Positions 49,181 to 59,564 of a stretch of DNA of 64,000 nucleotides are shown here, piece after piece. The position numbers were made by a program, and so were the translations under genes. Position 1 is the first letter of the stretch, and every line of letters starts with the position of its first letter. The notes beneath the pieces are model-generated. The model worked only from the letters and a program-made list of their open reading frames with translations. It was not told where the DNA came from and ran no database searches. The stretch comes from Vitrella brassicaformis CCMP3155 (Eukaryota; Protista; Chromerida). The stretch is from positions 124,001 through 188,000 of the forward strand of contig CDMY01000104.1 in the NCBI GenBank assembly GCA_001179505.1, written 5' to 3'.

Positions 49181-49310
49181 TGCACAAATACCGTCATCGT
49201 TCGTTCGTGTCAGTGGTTGGATGCGATGGCCCCCAGACACACACCACACGCACACTCAGAAGTCTGCTTGCTAATGAAGGCATCGCATCACGCTGTATGG
49301 ATGTGGCTGG

Positions 49311-51519
49311 CTACGGGACGAATGGCTGGTTGCTGTATACGTGCAGCAGCTGCAGCAGCAACGCCACACCGTAGCCTGTGGCGCGCTCCCCTACCTGAGC
49401 GGACAGACACATCACACACACACACACAACGTCCACATGACCGCCCATCGCATGGATCGCATCTGCTGCTGGCTGACCATACCATGGCTGGTGCGCACAT
49501 GTCGATGTGCAGCCAGCCACCCTGCACACAACCACATGACACCGCATCATCGACAGACATTCCCCGCCCGCCTGATGGCATGCATGGCCTCTATGTGTTG
49601 TGTGTGCGCTGTGGCCCACTGACTCACCTCTTTGGCAGTGAATTCCTTGGCTAGGTTAGCCTCGATGAAGAGCCCCGCTGTGGAGACCAATGCGCTGCCC
49701 CGGTCCTTGGCCGAATTCTTCATGTCAGCCACCTGCGGACGGACAGACAGACAAGACAGCCAACGTCAGTCATGTGATGTCAGTGTGTGTGTGCGAGTGT
49801 ACGAGTGTGTGTGTACCTTACCTTGCTGTTGTACTCCTGCAGGTTGAGCTCTGGGGTGTAGATGCAGGGGAACACACAGTCGCCACTCAACTGATGATAC
49901 GGATGCGGCACACACACCACACACTCCTCAGTGCACAGAAGCCTCCTTCCTCTTGATGAGAGGAGGGATGGAGATTGTGTGTGCGCTGCGCGTACTTACC
50001 TTGCCGGCCTCCACGGCCCACTGCTCCAGATCCTCCCTATTGGACACTATTGCGCCGATCAGCCTGCCAGTGGCACTTGACTGCACACAGGACACATGAC
50101 ACAATCACACACACAAGGGATGACCGACACTCCCTCCCTCCCCCAGCAACTTGGCTCCCTCCGTGTGTGTGTGGTGGTCATTGCATTGGTGTGCATACCC
50201 ACCTGTGCGCCTGTGAGTGTGCACATGTCAACGATGAGTGTTGGGTTGAGTAGCTGGGAAGCGTAGGCCACGCCGTCCGAGACCACCAGCCGTCCCTCTG
50301 CATCGGGGTTGTTGATCTCCACCGTCCTGCCGCTGTACAACGTGATGATGTCGTCGGGACGCAACGCATCGGGACCTGATTCATTGGGTCGACAAACGAA
50401 TGAATGGATGGATGGATGGATCTGCGCGCCGGTGATTCCGTAGGGTGTGTGCGTGTGTGTGTGTACCGATTGCGTTCTCGGCGAGGCAAAGGATGGCTAT
50501 CAGGTTGTGGCCGAACGTCATGCGACCCTGGTTGGTTGGTTGGTCGCACGGCCGTGCACGGCAGCACACATGAGAGAAGCAGAGACAGACACTTGTGGCG
50601 GTGAGGTGAGGGAGGCACTGGTTGGCTGACTGACCTGGACGGCACACACGAAGGCCGTGAGTATTGCACTGGCACCGGCGCAGTCGGCCTTCATCCCAAA
50701 CATGCCTGATGGATGATGCAAATAAACAGGCCACAGATGGGCGTTGCAGGGTGGTAATCCATCCATCCATCGCTCCATCCATCCATTCATCTGTACCTAC
50801 CGTCTTTTGATTTGAGTGCCAGCCCCCCGGTATCGTACACAATGCCCTTGCCCACCCACACCAGCGTGCTCGGACCTACACGACACGACACACACACACA
50901 CAAACAGAGAGAGAGAGAGAGAGATGCGACCCTCACATCCGTGACTTTATTGTGTGCCCCCCCTACCTGGGTTCATCTGTGCCTGGAACGGTGCTGCGTT
51001 GCCATGTGGGCAGTACTTGAGCACCACGAAATGAGGCAGATGCGTCGCGGCTTTGCCTGACCGACAGAAGCCGATATGCACACACGTGTCAATCAACAGC
51101 CTTACGTACTAAGGGAGGTTTGCTGCCTACATCCGTACCAACATTCCACATGCCGCCGAAGCCCCGCTCTCTCAGGTCGGTCCCTGAGACCACCTGCACC
51201 CACCCACCCACCACAGACAGACAGACAATACGGCCAATGCAATCAATGCGCCGCCCACAGGCATAGATCTCCCTCCCTGCCTCCCGATGTGCGTGTGTGC
51301 GTGTGTGTATCTCACCTCCATTTCTATGTCGAGTCCGTTGACCATGTCGTGGATGCACTCGAGGTACCTGTCGGTGTGCATCTCTATCGACGGAGTGTCC
51401 ACCAGGCAGGCCGCGTTCCGCACCGCCTGAGCCACGTGCGACAGCTTCTCGTGCACTTCCAAAGGCAGCAACTCGTCGCTGACACACACACACACACACA
51501 ACCACCATTTCAGTACTCA

Positions 51520-51554
<35 letters not shown>

Positions 51555-52205
51555 TGCCGCTTCTCTCCCTGGCTGACACACTCAGTCACTCACTTGTGGT
51601 ACAGCGCGATGGTGACCCGCCCCTCGGCCTGCTGGCGGCTCTTCATGTTGTAGATGGGAAAGTTTCTGACCACGGCCACCAGCATCGGCAGCACGTGCTC
51701 CCTGGCCTCTGCGATCAGCAGCACATACATGGCCGGGTGCGGCCCCTGCGTGGCTATCAGCGCCTTGATCTGGTCCGGCCGGCACGCGCAGTTGTGCCGA
51801 CTGGCCACACGACTGACCGCCATGAGGACCATCTTGGGTTTGTTGGGCCGCCAGTAGACGGCCGCTGACCCGCCACTGGTGCTGTTGCTGGGCGAGAGCT
51901 GCGAAGCGTACTGGCCCAGCTCGGCTGCGCAATCGAGCCCGTCCGCACCGAAAAAGTCGGTGTTGTCGATGAAGGTCCCGATGGCCTCCCTGAAGCCGCA
52001 GATGCACAGCAGCGTGTCTTTGTTGCATTCCGATGAGGAGAAGGGCGTCACAAGCAGCATCGTGCTGCTGTTGCTGTTGCTGTTGCTGCTTGCGTGGTTG
52101 GCCTTGAGCTTGTCAAACAGCTTTCTGCGATGCTTGTTGGCTGACTGGGCTGCCGCCGAGCCTTCACTGTCGTCCGCCGCGGCCTTCCTTTTGCCGTCCA
52201 TCCAT
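49311..52205 (-). CDS. NPEPL1: M17 leucyl aminopeptidase family protein, NPEPL1/PepB-like
   Basis: VSRVASRHNC, VWVGKGIVYDTGG, MFGMKADCAGAS, LCLAENAIG, RPDDIITLYSGRTVEINNPDAEGRLVVSDG, DMCTLTGAQ, ADMKNS, WLHIDM and ATGYGVALL. Confidence 0.92.
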
Positions 52206-52234
52206 GCGAATGGTGTTCCTCTCTCTCCCACAAA

Positions 52235-52266
52235 GCTAAGCTCGCAGATCTGGTGCGGAACCGCTC
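52235..52266. promoter_or_regulatory. GCTAAGCTCGCA (52235-52246) plus AACCGCTC (52259-52266, reverse complement of GAGCGGTT)
   Basis: Lies in the 122-bp gap between 52205(-) and 52328(+). Confidence 0.65.
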
Positions 52267-52327
52267 GCACGTGGTTCTGGAGGGGGAAACTGCTCTCTCA
52301 AGCGCCTCCCCGACGCTTATCTGGATC

Positions 52328-54667
52328 ATGATTCCTTCAGCCAGGCACTCAGGCAGTGTTGCCTGTCAGCAGCTTGCCCGCAGCTGCCTTCCTGCGGTGC
52401 ATCATCCTCCACCGCCGTATCTTCGGCCGACTCGCAACCCGTGCAAAGCACCTGCCTTCAGCCGGGAGGCCGTGGCTGGACCGACCCGTGAGGAAGGGAT
52501 GCGAGCAGTGCCACCGAGGTGGGCTGTCTTCGGGAGCAGTGGAAGCAGGAGGATGTTCTCCAGTGCGGCAACAAGACACTCCAATAAAGGGGGTCAGGCA
52601 GCCCACTCACTGGCAGACAGACAGATGACATGAATTGGATTACATGGACGGGGAGGGAGAGGATCCACTCACTCACTCACTCGGTTCTCTGTCTGTCTGT
52701 GTGGACTGGACCCCTTGATGCCTTCATTGCAAGCAGATGCTCGTTACTTCACCAGTCCGTCGACCGACATGCTCAAGCAGCTCCGTGACCTCCCACGCGG
52801 CGGGGCGCCCCCCAAACCAGCCATCTACGTCAGTGCTGTGCTCAACCAACACATAAACCACTAGTGTAGGAGGGCAGTAGTGCGCCCATGTGCACTCTGT
52901 GCGTGTTTGTGCGAATCTAGGTTGGTTGGGTGGAGAAGAAGGACTGCGAGGGAGGCGACGAGTCCATGACCGGCCTAGACATCGTCCCGGACATCCCGAT
53001 GGCCAGGCCGGACCTCGCCAAACGCCTCGGGGTGCCGGTGCAGGAGGTGCGGCTCGTCGATCCCTCCTTGCAGGACCACATGCCGACGATCTTCGTCCGG
53101 CCGAACGCGATTCTCCTTCGGTTCGGCAAGGTCAACGCCATCATCACCCACTGCAAGCTGGCTGTCTTCAAGCGACACGCGGTGGGCGGAGACGGAATCG
53201 CTGGATGGATGAATGGATGCGTGGGGTCATAAGGATGGATCTCTTGTCGTGGTCATTGGTGTCAGATGAAGTACTCTTACCTTCCTAGTCTCAAGTATGG
53301 TGCTGATCCCGCAGAGGCGGTGCTGGCGGGGGTGGAGATGACGCTCAAGTCGTCCCTGGACGAGGATGTGGCTGAGAGGGACGACTATGATGAGAGCGGC
53401 GGCCAGACAACGGCCACCAGGCCATTCGAGTTCCTCTGCCTCGAGGTATTCAATGCAGTCAATCTTATCCCAGTACTGGCAATTGATTGACTTGTCGTCG
53501 GCTTCACTGTTGTGCCCGTGTGTGTCTGTGAATGTGCAGGTGTGCATGTCGGAGGCACTCAAATGTGAGTGAGCAAAATGGATGGCACAGAAGGACGGAG
53601 GGGGGATGCGGTGCGGTGCCTGGGTGCGCATTCTGTTCCGCCTGACGTGTGCGTGTGTGGTCAGCATACGTCGAGGACGTGCAGCATCTCAAGGTCGCAG
53701 TGGACTCACACCTCAAACAACAAAACGGCATGCACACACACACACACACACAAACGAAGGAACCAAACGCCACTTACGCAGCCTCCCCTCTCTCTGTGTG
53801 TCTATCAGACCAAGCAATGCCGTCCCTCGAGACGCTTCAGGAGCTGACTCAGGTCAAGACGGAGCTGGCCAACGTGGAGCGGTTCATCCGGGCCATGAAG
53901 GGCGCAGTCGAGAACGTCCTGCGCGAGGATGAAGACATGGCCGCCATGTACCTCTCCGAGACAGCCATCAAGTGAGCGAGCAAGATGGAGGGAGAGAGGG
54001 AGAGAGGCCGGCAGCACAAGAGACCTTCTTGACCCATGTATGTGGTGTGAGTGACTGTCCGTCAGTCAGCCGCGGGCCAAGTCGGCGCATCAAGAAGTGG
54101 AAATTCTCTTCGAGATCTACCAAGGCAGTGTGAGCACTGCATCACGGCCCAGCACCACACGACGCCCGAGAGCCCTTTTACTTACACTCATCTGTCTGCG
54201 TCTGTCTGTGTGCATCTAGCTTGAAGAGCTGACGAGTGACGTGCAGAAGATGAAGAAGGACATCGACTACTCCGAGGAAATGATGAAGGTGAGGCTCGAC
54301 ATGACCCGCAACGAGATCATGCAGCTCGAGCTGCGCATCTCCATCATGTCGGTGTCGCTCGCACTCGCCGCTGTCGGTACGGGCGCATTCGGGATGAACC
54401 TCACCTCACACATCGAAGAGCACCCTTATGCTTTCTATACCGTCTCAGCCGCGTAAGATCTTAAGCATCGAAAGCCTTGAGGCAGGCCAGGCCGAATGAA
54501 TGAATGGGCAATGTGTGTGTGTGTGTGCGTGTGTGTGCTGCAGGTTTGCCTGCACGTCGGCGTTCTCCTATGTGCTGCTGACGTTTCTCTGCAAGCGGAG
54601 GGGTCTGCTCGGTCGTGCCCTCCGTCTGTGGACGCCCAAGCCAAGCTGGTCGCCAGGAATGTTCTAA
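52328..54667 (+). CDS. MRS2: MRS2/CorA family magnesium transporter with a probable mitochondrial presequence
   Basis: EVRLVDP...IFVRPNAILLRFGKVNAII, PFEFLCLE, VLREDEDMAAMYLS, EVEILFEIY, RLDMTRNEIMQLEL and GAFGMNL (GMN signature), with two TM helices. The N-terminus is Arg-rich (RRMFSSAATR). Confidence 0.9.
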
Positions 54668-55222
54668 GGGAAGGGCGGATGGGATGGCTGTGCAGCTGAC
54701 CTGACAGCAGAAGGAGCGAGGACACCTGACAGACAGACAGACAGATGCACCGTGTTATGTTATGTTTTATTATCTGGTGCATGAGTGTGTGGGCTGGTTG
54801 GTGAGGTGCGTCGTCCCTTTCACTCACCGGTCCTTGCAGAGGCAGCCAGGCAGCCAGCCACGATGGATGCGAGAAACGAGACACATGGAGAGAGAGAGAA
54901 GGGAGAGAGAGAGATGGGTTTGTCACTCACGGTGCGTATGGGCGTAGAAGCTTACGGCGTGTGTATTGTATAGCTGTGTGTGTGAGATGGAGAAGGCGGA
55001 CTTTGTCTCTCTGTCGCTGCTGGGGCCAGGCACTGACTGACACGGCTGAACACAAGCCAGCCCACAACTAGTGCGGGCTGGCTGGCCGGTGTTGCTGCAG
55101 CGGGAGCAGGATCTGACTGCCACAGGGAGCAGCCTAGCCTGCCTTTACTAAGAGAACATTAACCTGATGGTGTCAGTCAAACATTCACGACAAGTCGCAT
55201 GAGTAGCCACCAATTTAATGAG

Positions 55223-56929
55223 TCAAGGCGACAGCAGTGTGGGGCTGCAGTCATCCCCTCCCACAACCAACACATTCTGACTCCCACACGCCTGCACACA
55301 CAAACCACCCACACTCCATCCACATGGGCATACGCACGCGGACATTCTCTCTCTCTCTCTCTCTCTCTGACCTTCATGCAGTGGATAGCGGCCCCTCCCA
55401 TACTCCCCCGCACCGTCCACAGCACACGTGCCTCCCGGAACGACGCACACACCACCTTCCCATCAGCCGTCCCGAAACACGCCACATCGGTGTCGCTATG
55501 CGGCAGTGTGCAGCCGCACATGACCTGCCCGCTCACAGGGAGGGCGGTGCTGCAGCTGGAGGGGTCTGCCTGTGTGTCGGGCTGGCGCAAGTCATGCAGG
55601 AGCACCTTGCTGTCCGCAGCACCTGGTGAATACGAAATGCAGCCATATGGTGAGGGAGACACCAAAAGGAGAGAGAGAGAGAGACATGTACCTGTCCATA
55701 GAGTGTGGGGGTGCGGCCCCTGCATGAGGGCATTGATAGCGGCGTCGTGCCGTCGGTACCGCCGCACAGCTGACGCTCCGCTACCTACCCGGCCGTCAAT
55801 GTAACACACCATCCTGAATGAACAAACAAACAAACGAGGGAACATCCTCCACACCGCACCAGCAGACATCAGTGGGTGTCTCTCTGTGTGTCTCTTGTCT
55901 GTGCACACATAGGTACCTACCCGTCCTGCATGCCCGCCGTGGCCACCAGGGGGCCGGGCGTGTCCGGAGAGCCAAAGAAACACAGCTTGCTCACACACCC
56001 CTGCTCAAAGAACATCACACTCACCCACGCACAGACACACATGGACAATACTGAGTGAGTGAGACACATGACAGAATCCATATCTCCATATGTCACGTGC
56101 CTGGTGTGGCTTGATGGAGCGGAGCGGCTTTGACGGATCGTTGATGTCCCAGAAGACCAGGGTGCCGTCCTTCCCCCCACTCACCACCGCCCGCTGCTGC
56201 CAGGTGAAGGCGTTGACAGGGTGCTTGTGTGCCCCCCGCATCTCCGCCAGCTGCTTGCCGGGACCCCTGACGTCCCACACCAGCAGGCCACCATCGTACG
56301 ATGACGAAACCATCACATTACCTGGAACAAGGCACACAAGAGGTATAAGGGAGAGAGAGAGGTGCCGGTGGTGTGGAGTTGATGCACCCACTGTTGTCGA
56401 CTTCGATTTGTGTGATGAGGGCCGAGTGGCCGGTGAGGTCGTTGCACCGCACGCCCGTCTTGTCCCACAGGCAGATGCGGCTGTCGTGCCCGCCAGACAC
56501 CACACGGCCATCCCTGCAGCACAAAGCAGACAGCCCCAAGTGAAGACACACACCAAAGACAAACGCTGGAACGTGGTGGGGCCAGTGTCTTGAGGGTGTC
56601 ATGTACGTGTTGATACATCTTACGCGGTGAATTGGCAGGCGGTGACCCATTCGGTGTGCCCATATCGCTTGGCGAACAGCTCACGCATGAACTCACGACT
56701 GCGAAGATTGAACAACCGCAGGCCTGCACGGTAGCACAAAGAAAGGACAAAACCGTATATGTGACTTGTGTGTGTTTGTGGGGCTGGCTTCGTGCTCACT
56801 CACCATGGTCGGCTGATCCGGTCACCAGCAACTCATTGTGTACAGCGCAACACAAGATCTGACAAACAAAAAACGGCACACGATGGCAATCGTGGATGTG
56901 ACACATGAATGGTATGGTTCTTCTCATAA
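55223..56929 (-). CDS. WD40-repeat protein; start uncertain
   Basis: LLVTGSADHGLRLFNL, YGHTEWVT, VVSGGHDSRICLWD, GHSALIT, VSSSYDGGLLVWD, AHKHPVN..VVSGGKDGTLVFWD and GAADSKVLLHD. Confidence 0.88.
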
Positions 56930-57122
56930 TACCGGTCTTCCGTGTCCCTCAGGCAGCGTTTCGCCCTGCTGGGGAGCCTTGCGCCACATCGATGTCCGGG
57001 GGGGCTAACCGGAAAACTGAGATCTTTGAGCTCGCTCCGTCAGTTTGAAACGTTTGAGCCCTTTTTGCAGAGCGCATTGCCTGGTTTCTGGCTGCCTGTG
57101 GCATCCCTCATCGGTGTGGTCG

Positions 57123-59528
57123 ATGATGATGCTGCCGGCGGACCAGGCGGTGCGTGCGTCGGGCGGCGAGGTGCCGCACGTGGAGGATTCTAAGGGGTCG
57201 GTAGAGATGCTGGCGGACCTGCTTGAGATGCACTACCTGATGAAGAGGTAGGTGCGGTGGGCCCCTGAATGACGAGGGAGAGGGAGGGATGTGTGGATGG
57301 ATGGAATGGAATGGATGGCATGGGCCGGAAATGGCCATGGTTGCGTTGTGTTGTGTCGTGTGGCTGGATGGATGGATGGATGGGAGGATGGACGGTCTCT
57401 GTGTGTTGTGTGCGTTGCAATGGAATGCAATGGAATACAGGTATGAGGAGGAGCGGATCAAGGATAAGTTGACGGACTACTTCAAGATAGACCAACCCTT
57501 GCCCCACGACTGGTAGGTGCAAGGATGGATGGATGTGGGTGAGAACGCGCGAGCCCATCCATCCCACGACGCTATCCAATGGTTTTTTCTTCGTCTTATG
57601 TCGATGCCATTACCATCAGGGTCCGTGAGGCTGAACACCGGGCCCAACAGAGAGCCAAGGAGAAGTTCTCGGTGAACGAACTCGACACATCAGAAGAGGA
57701 CAGAACCATGGAAGTCTCCCATCTATCCATCCATCCATCCATCCATCCATCCATCTGTGGCTTCGCTTCTTTGTTTGTGTGTGCAGCAATGGCGTGTGTT
57801 CATGGAGACGTATCGCAAGCTGCTGGACCACGCCAAGAGCCGCCACAGGGAGGCCATCTGGAAGCCCGGCAACGTACCCACAGAGGAGGACAGGAAGGAG
57901 CCACCCTCACTGCGGCAGGTGGCAGTGGCCGGCGGACATCTCGTCGGACAGGTGGGGGAAGAAAGGTCTACTGGGGATGGGGTGGGGTGGGGGGATGTTG
58001 TTTCTTGATGTCATGTGTGTGTGTGTGTGTGTGTGGTGTGTGTCAGTTTTTGTCAGGTGGGAGCGTTGGTCAGGTGCATGTAGCTCTGAGGCTGACGGAT
58101 CGACACAGTGAGCAACACACCCACGGTTGCCTGGAGCTTCGTTGCCTTGAGGCAGGTGTGGCTGTCTGGCTGTGTGTGTGTGTGTGTCGACAGCTGCGAG
58201 TCCCCAGTTTGTGGCGGCCAAGCTCACCCACATCCGACCACAGTCGCGTACGTCAAGAAGGAAGAATGACAGACACCCCACACCCCACATCCATCCATCC
58301 ATGGGTTCTTCTGCATGGTGCTGTGTGCCCTTCTGTGTGCAGGTACTGAGGCGTTGCGTCACTGGAATGAGGAGGTCGACAACTGGTCACTGCTCAAACA
58401 CGAACACATCGTCAGGTATGCACACACACACACCCCGACCACACACATGAGTATCCCCCTCCCCCCACCCTTGTCCGTGTGTGTGTGTGTGTGTGTGTGT
58501 ACCTGTCTGTGTGCGTGTGCAGGTTGTTGTCGACCTCCCACAGTGTGCGGAGCAGCCCTATTGCGCTGGCGTCGACGACCCCCGAGGCCATGCAGATCCA
58601 GGGGTGCACCGAGCTGGTCGTGGCATTCATGGAGTACTCACAGGAGGGAGACCTCTGCAGACTAGTCAGGTTCGCACGCACATGGGAATATGAAGGGAAA
58701 AGGTAGGTAGGCAGTATGTATGTTGATGTGTGTGTGTGTGTATGTGTGTATGTGTGTGTCAGGGACCACACGTACCTCAAGCCCGAGCTGGCGCGGCGGC
58801 TGTGGGCGCAGGCGGTCAGCGCCATCTGGTACCTCCACGAGACTCACGGCATGGCACACAGAGGTACGTACTTACCTTCATCCCTCACCCCTCCCCTCAT
58901 CCCTCCCCTCACCCCCACACGCATCCATCCCTCCAATCCATCGATGTCTATGTGTGTCTCTCTGTGTCAGACATCAAGCCCGAGAACTTCCTGTTGTTTC
59001 GCGAGGCGTCGGACAGTGCCACTGCGGGTCAGCAGAGGCGCAAGAAGACCCCCCAGGCCAGCCCGTCGGCGTCATCCTCCATACTCACTAGCGCGGCGGC
59101 TGCTGGCAGCAGCTCCCAGCAGAACCACCACCAGCTGACACTCAAGGTCGGTCGATGGCGGGCCGCCCACACACTCACACACACGTGGGAAATGGGCACT
59201 GGTGTGCGTATGTGTGACATCTCCTTGCTCGCGTCAGTTGTGCGATTTCGGCATGTTGAAGCGTTTCAAGATGGAGGCCAACGGGCAGGAGTACATCCTC
59301 AAAGCCGACGACCTGCAGGTCAGTCCATTCTCCACACCCACCCACCCACCGTATGTCTCTCCTCACCCCTTGCGCACGCGTGTGTGTGTGTGGGGGGGTA
59401 TGTGTGGGTCTATGGTCAGGGTACCTTCACCTACAATGCGCCCGAGGTGCTGTGGGCGGGACACGCCAACATCGACCCAAACACCATGGAAAAGAAAAAC
59501 TCCACGCGCGTAAGAGAGACCACACACA

Positions 59529-59564
<36 letters not shown>

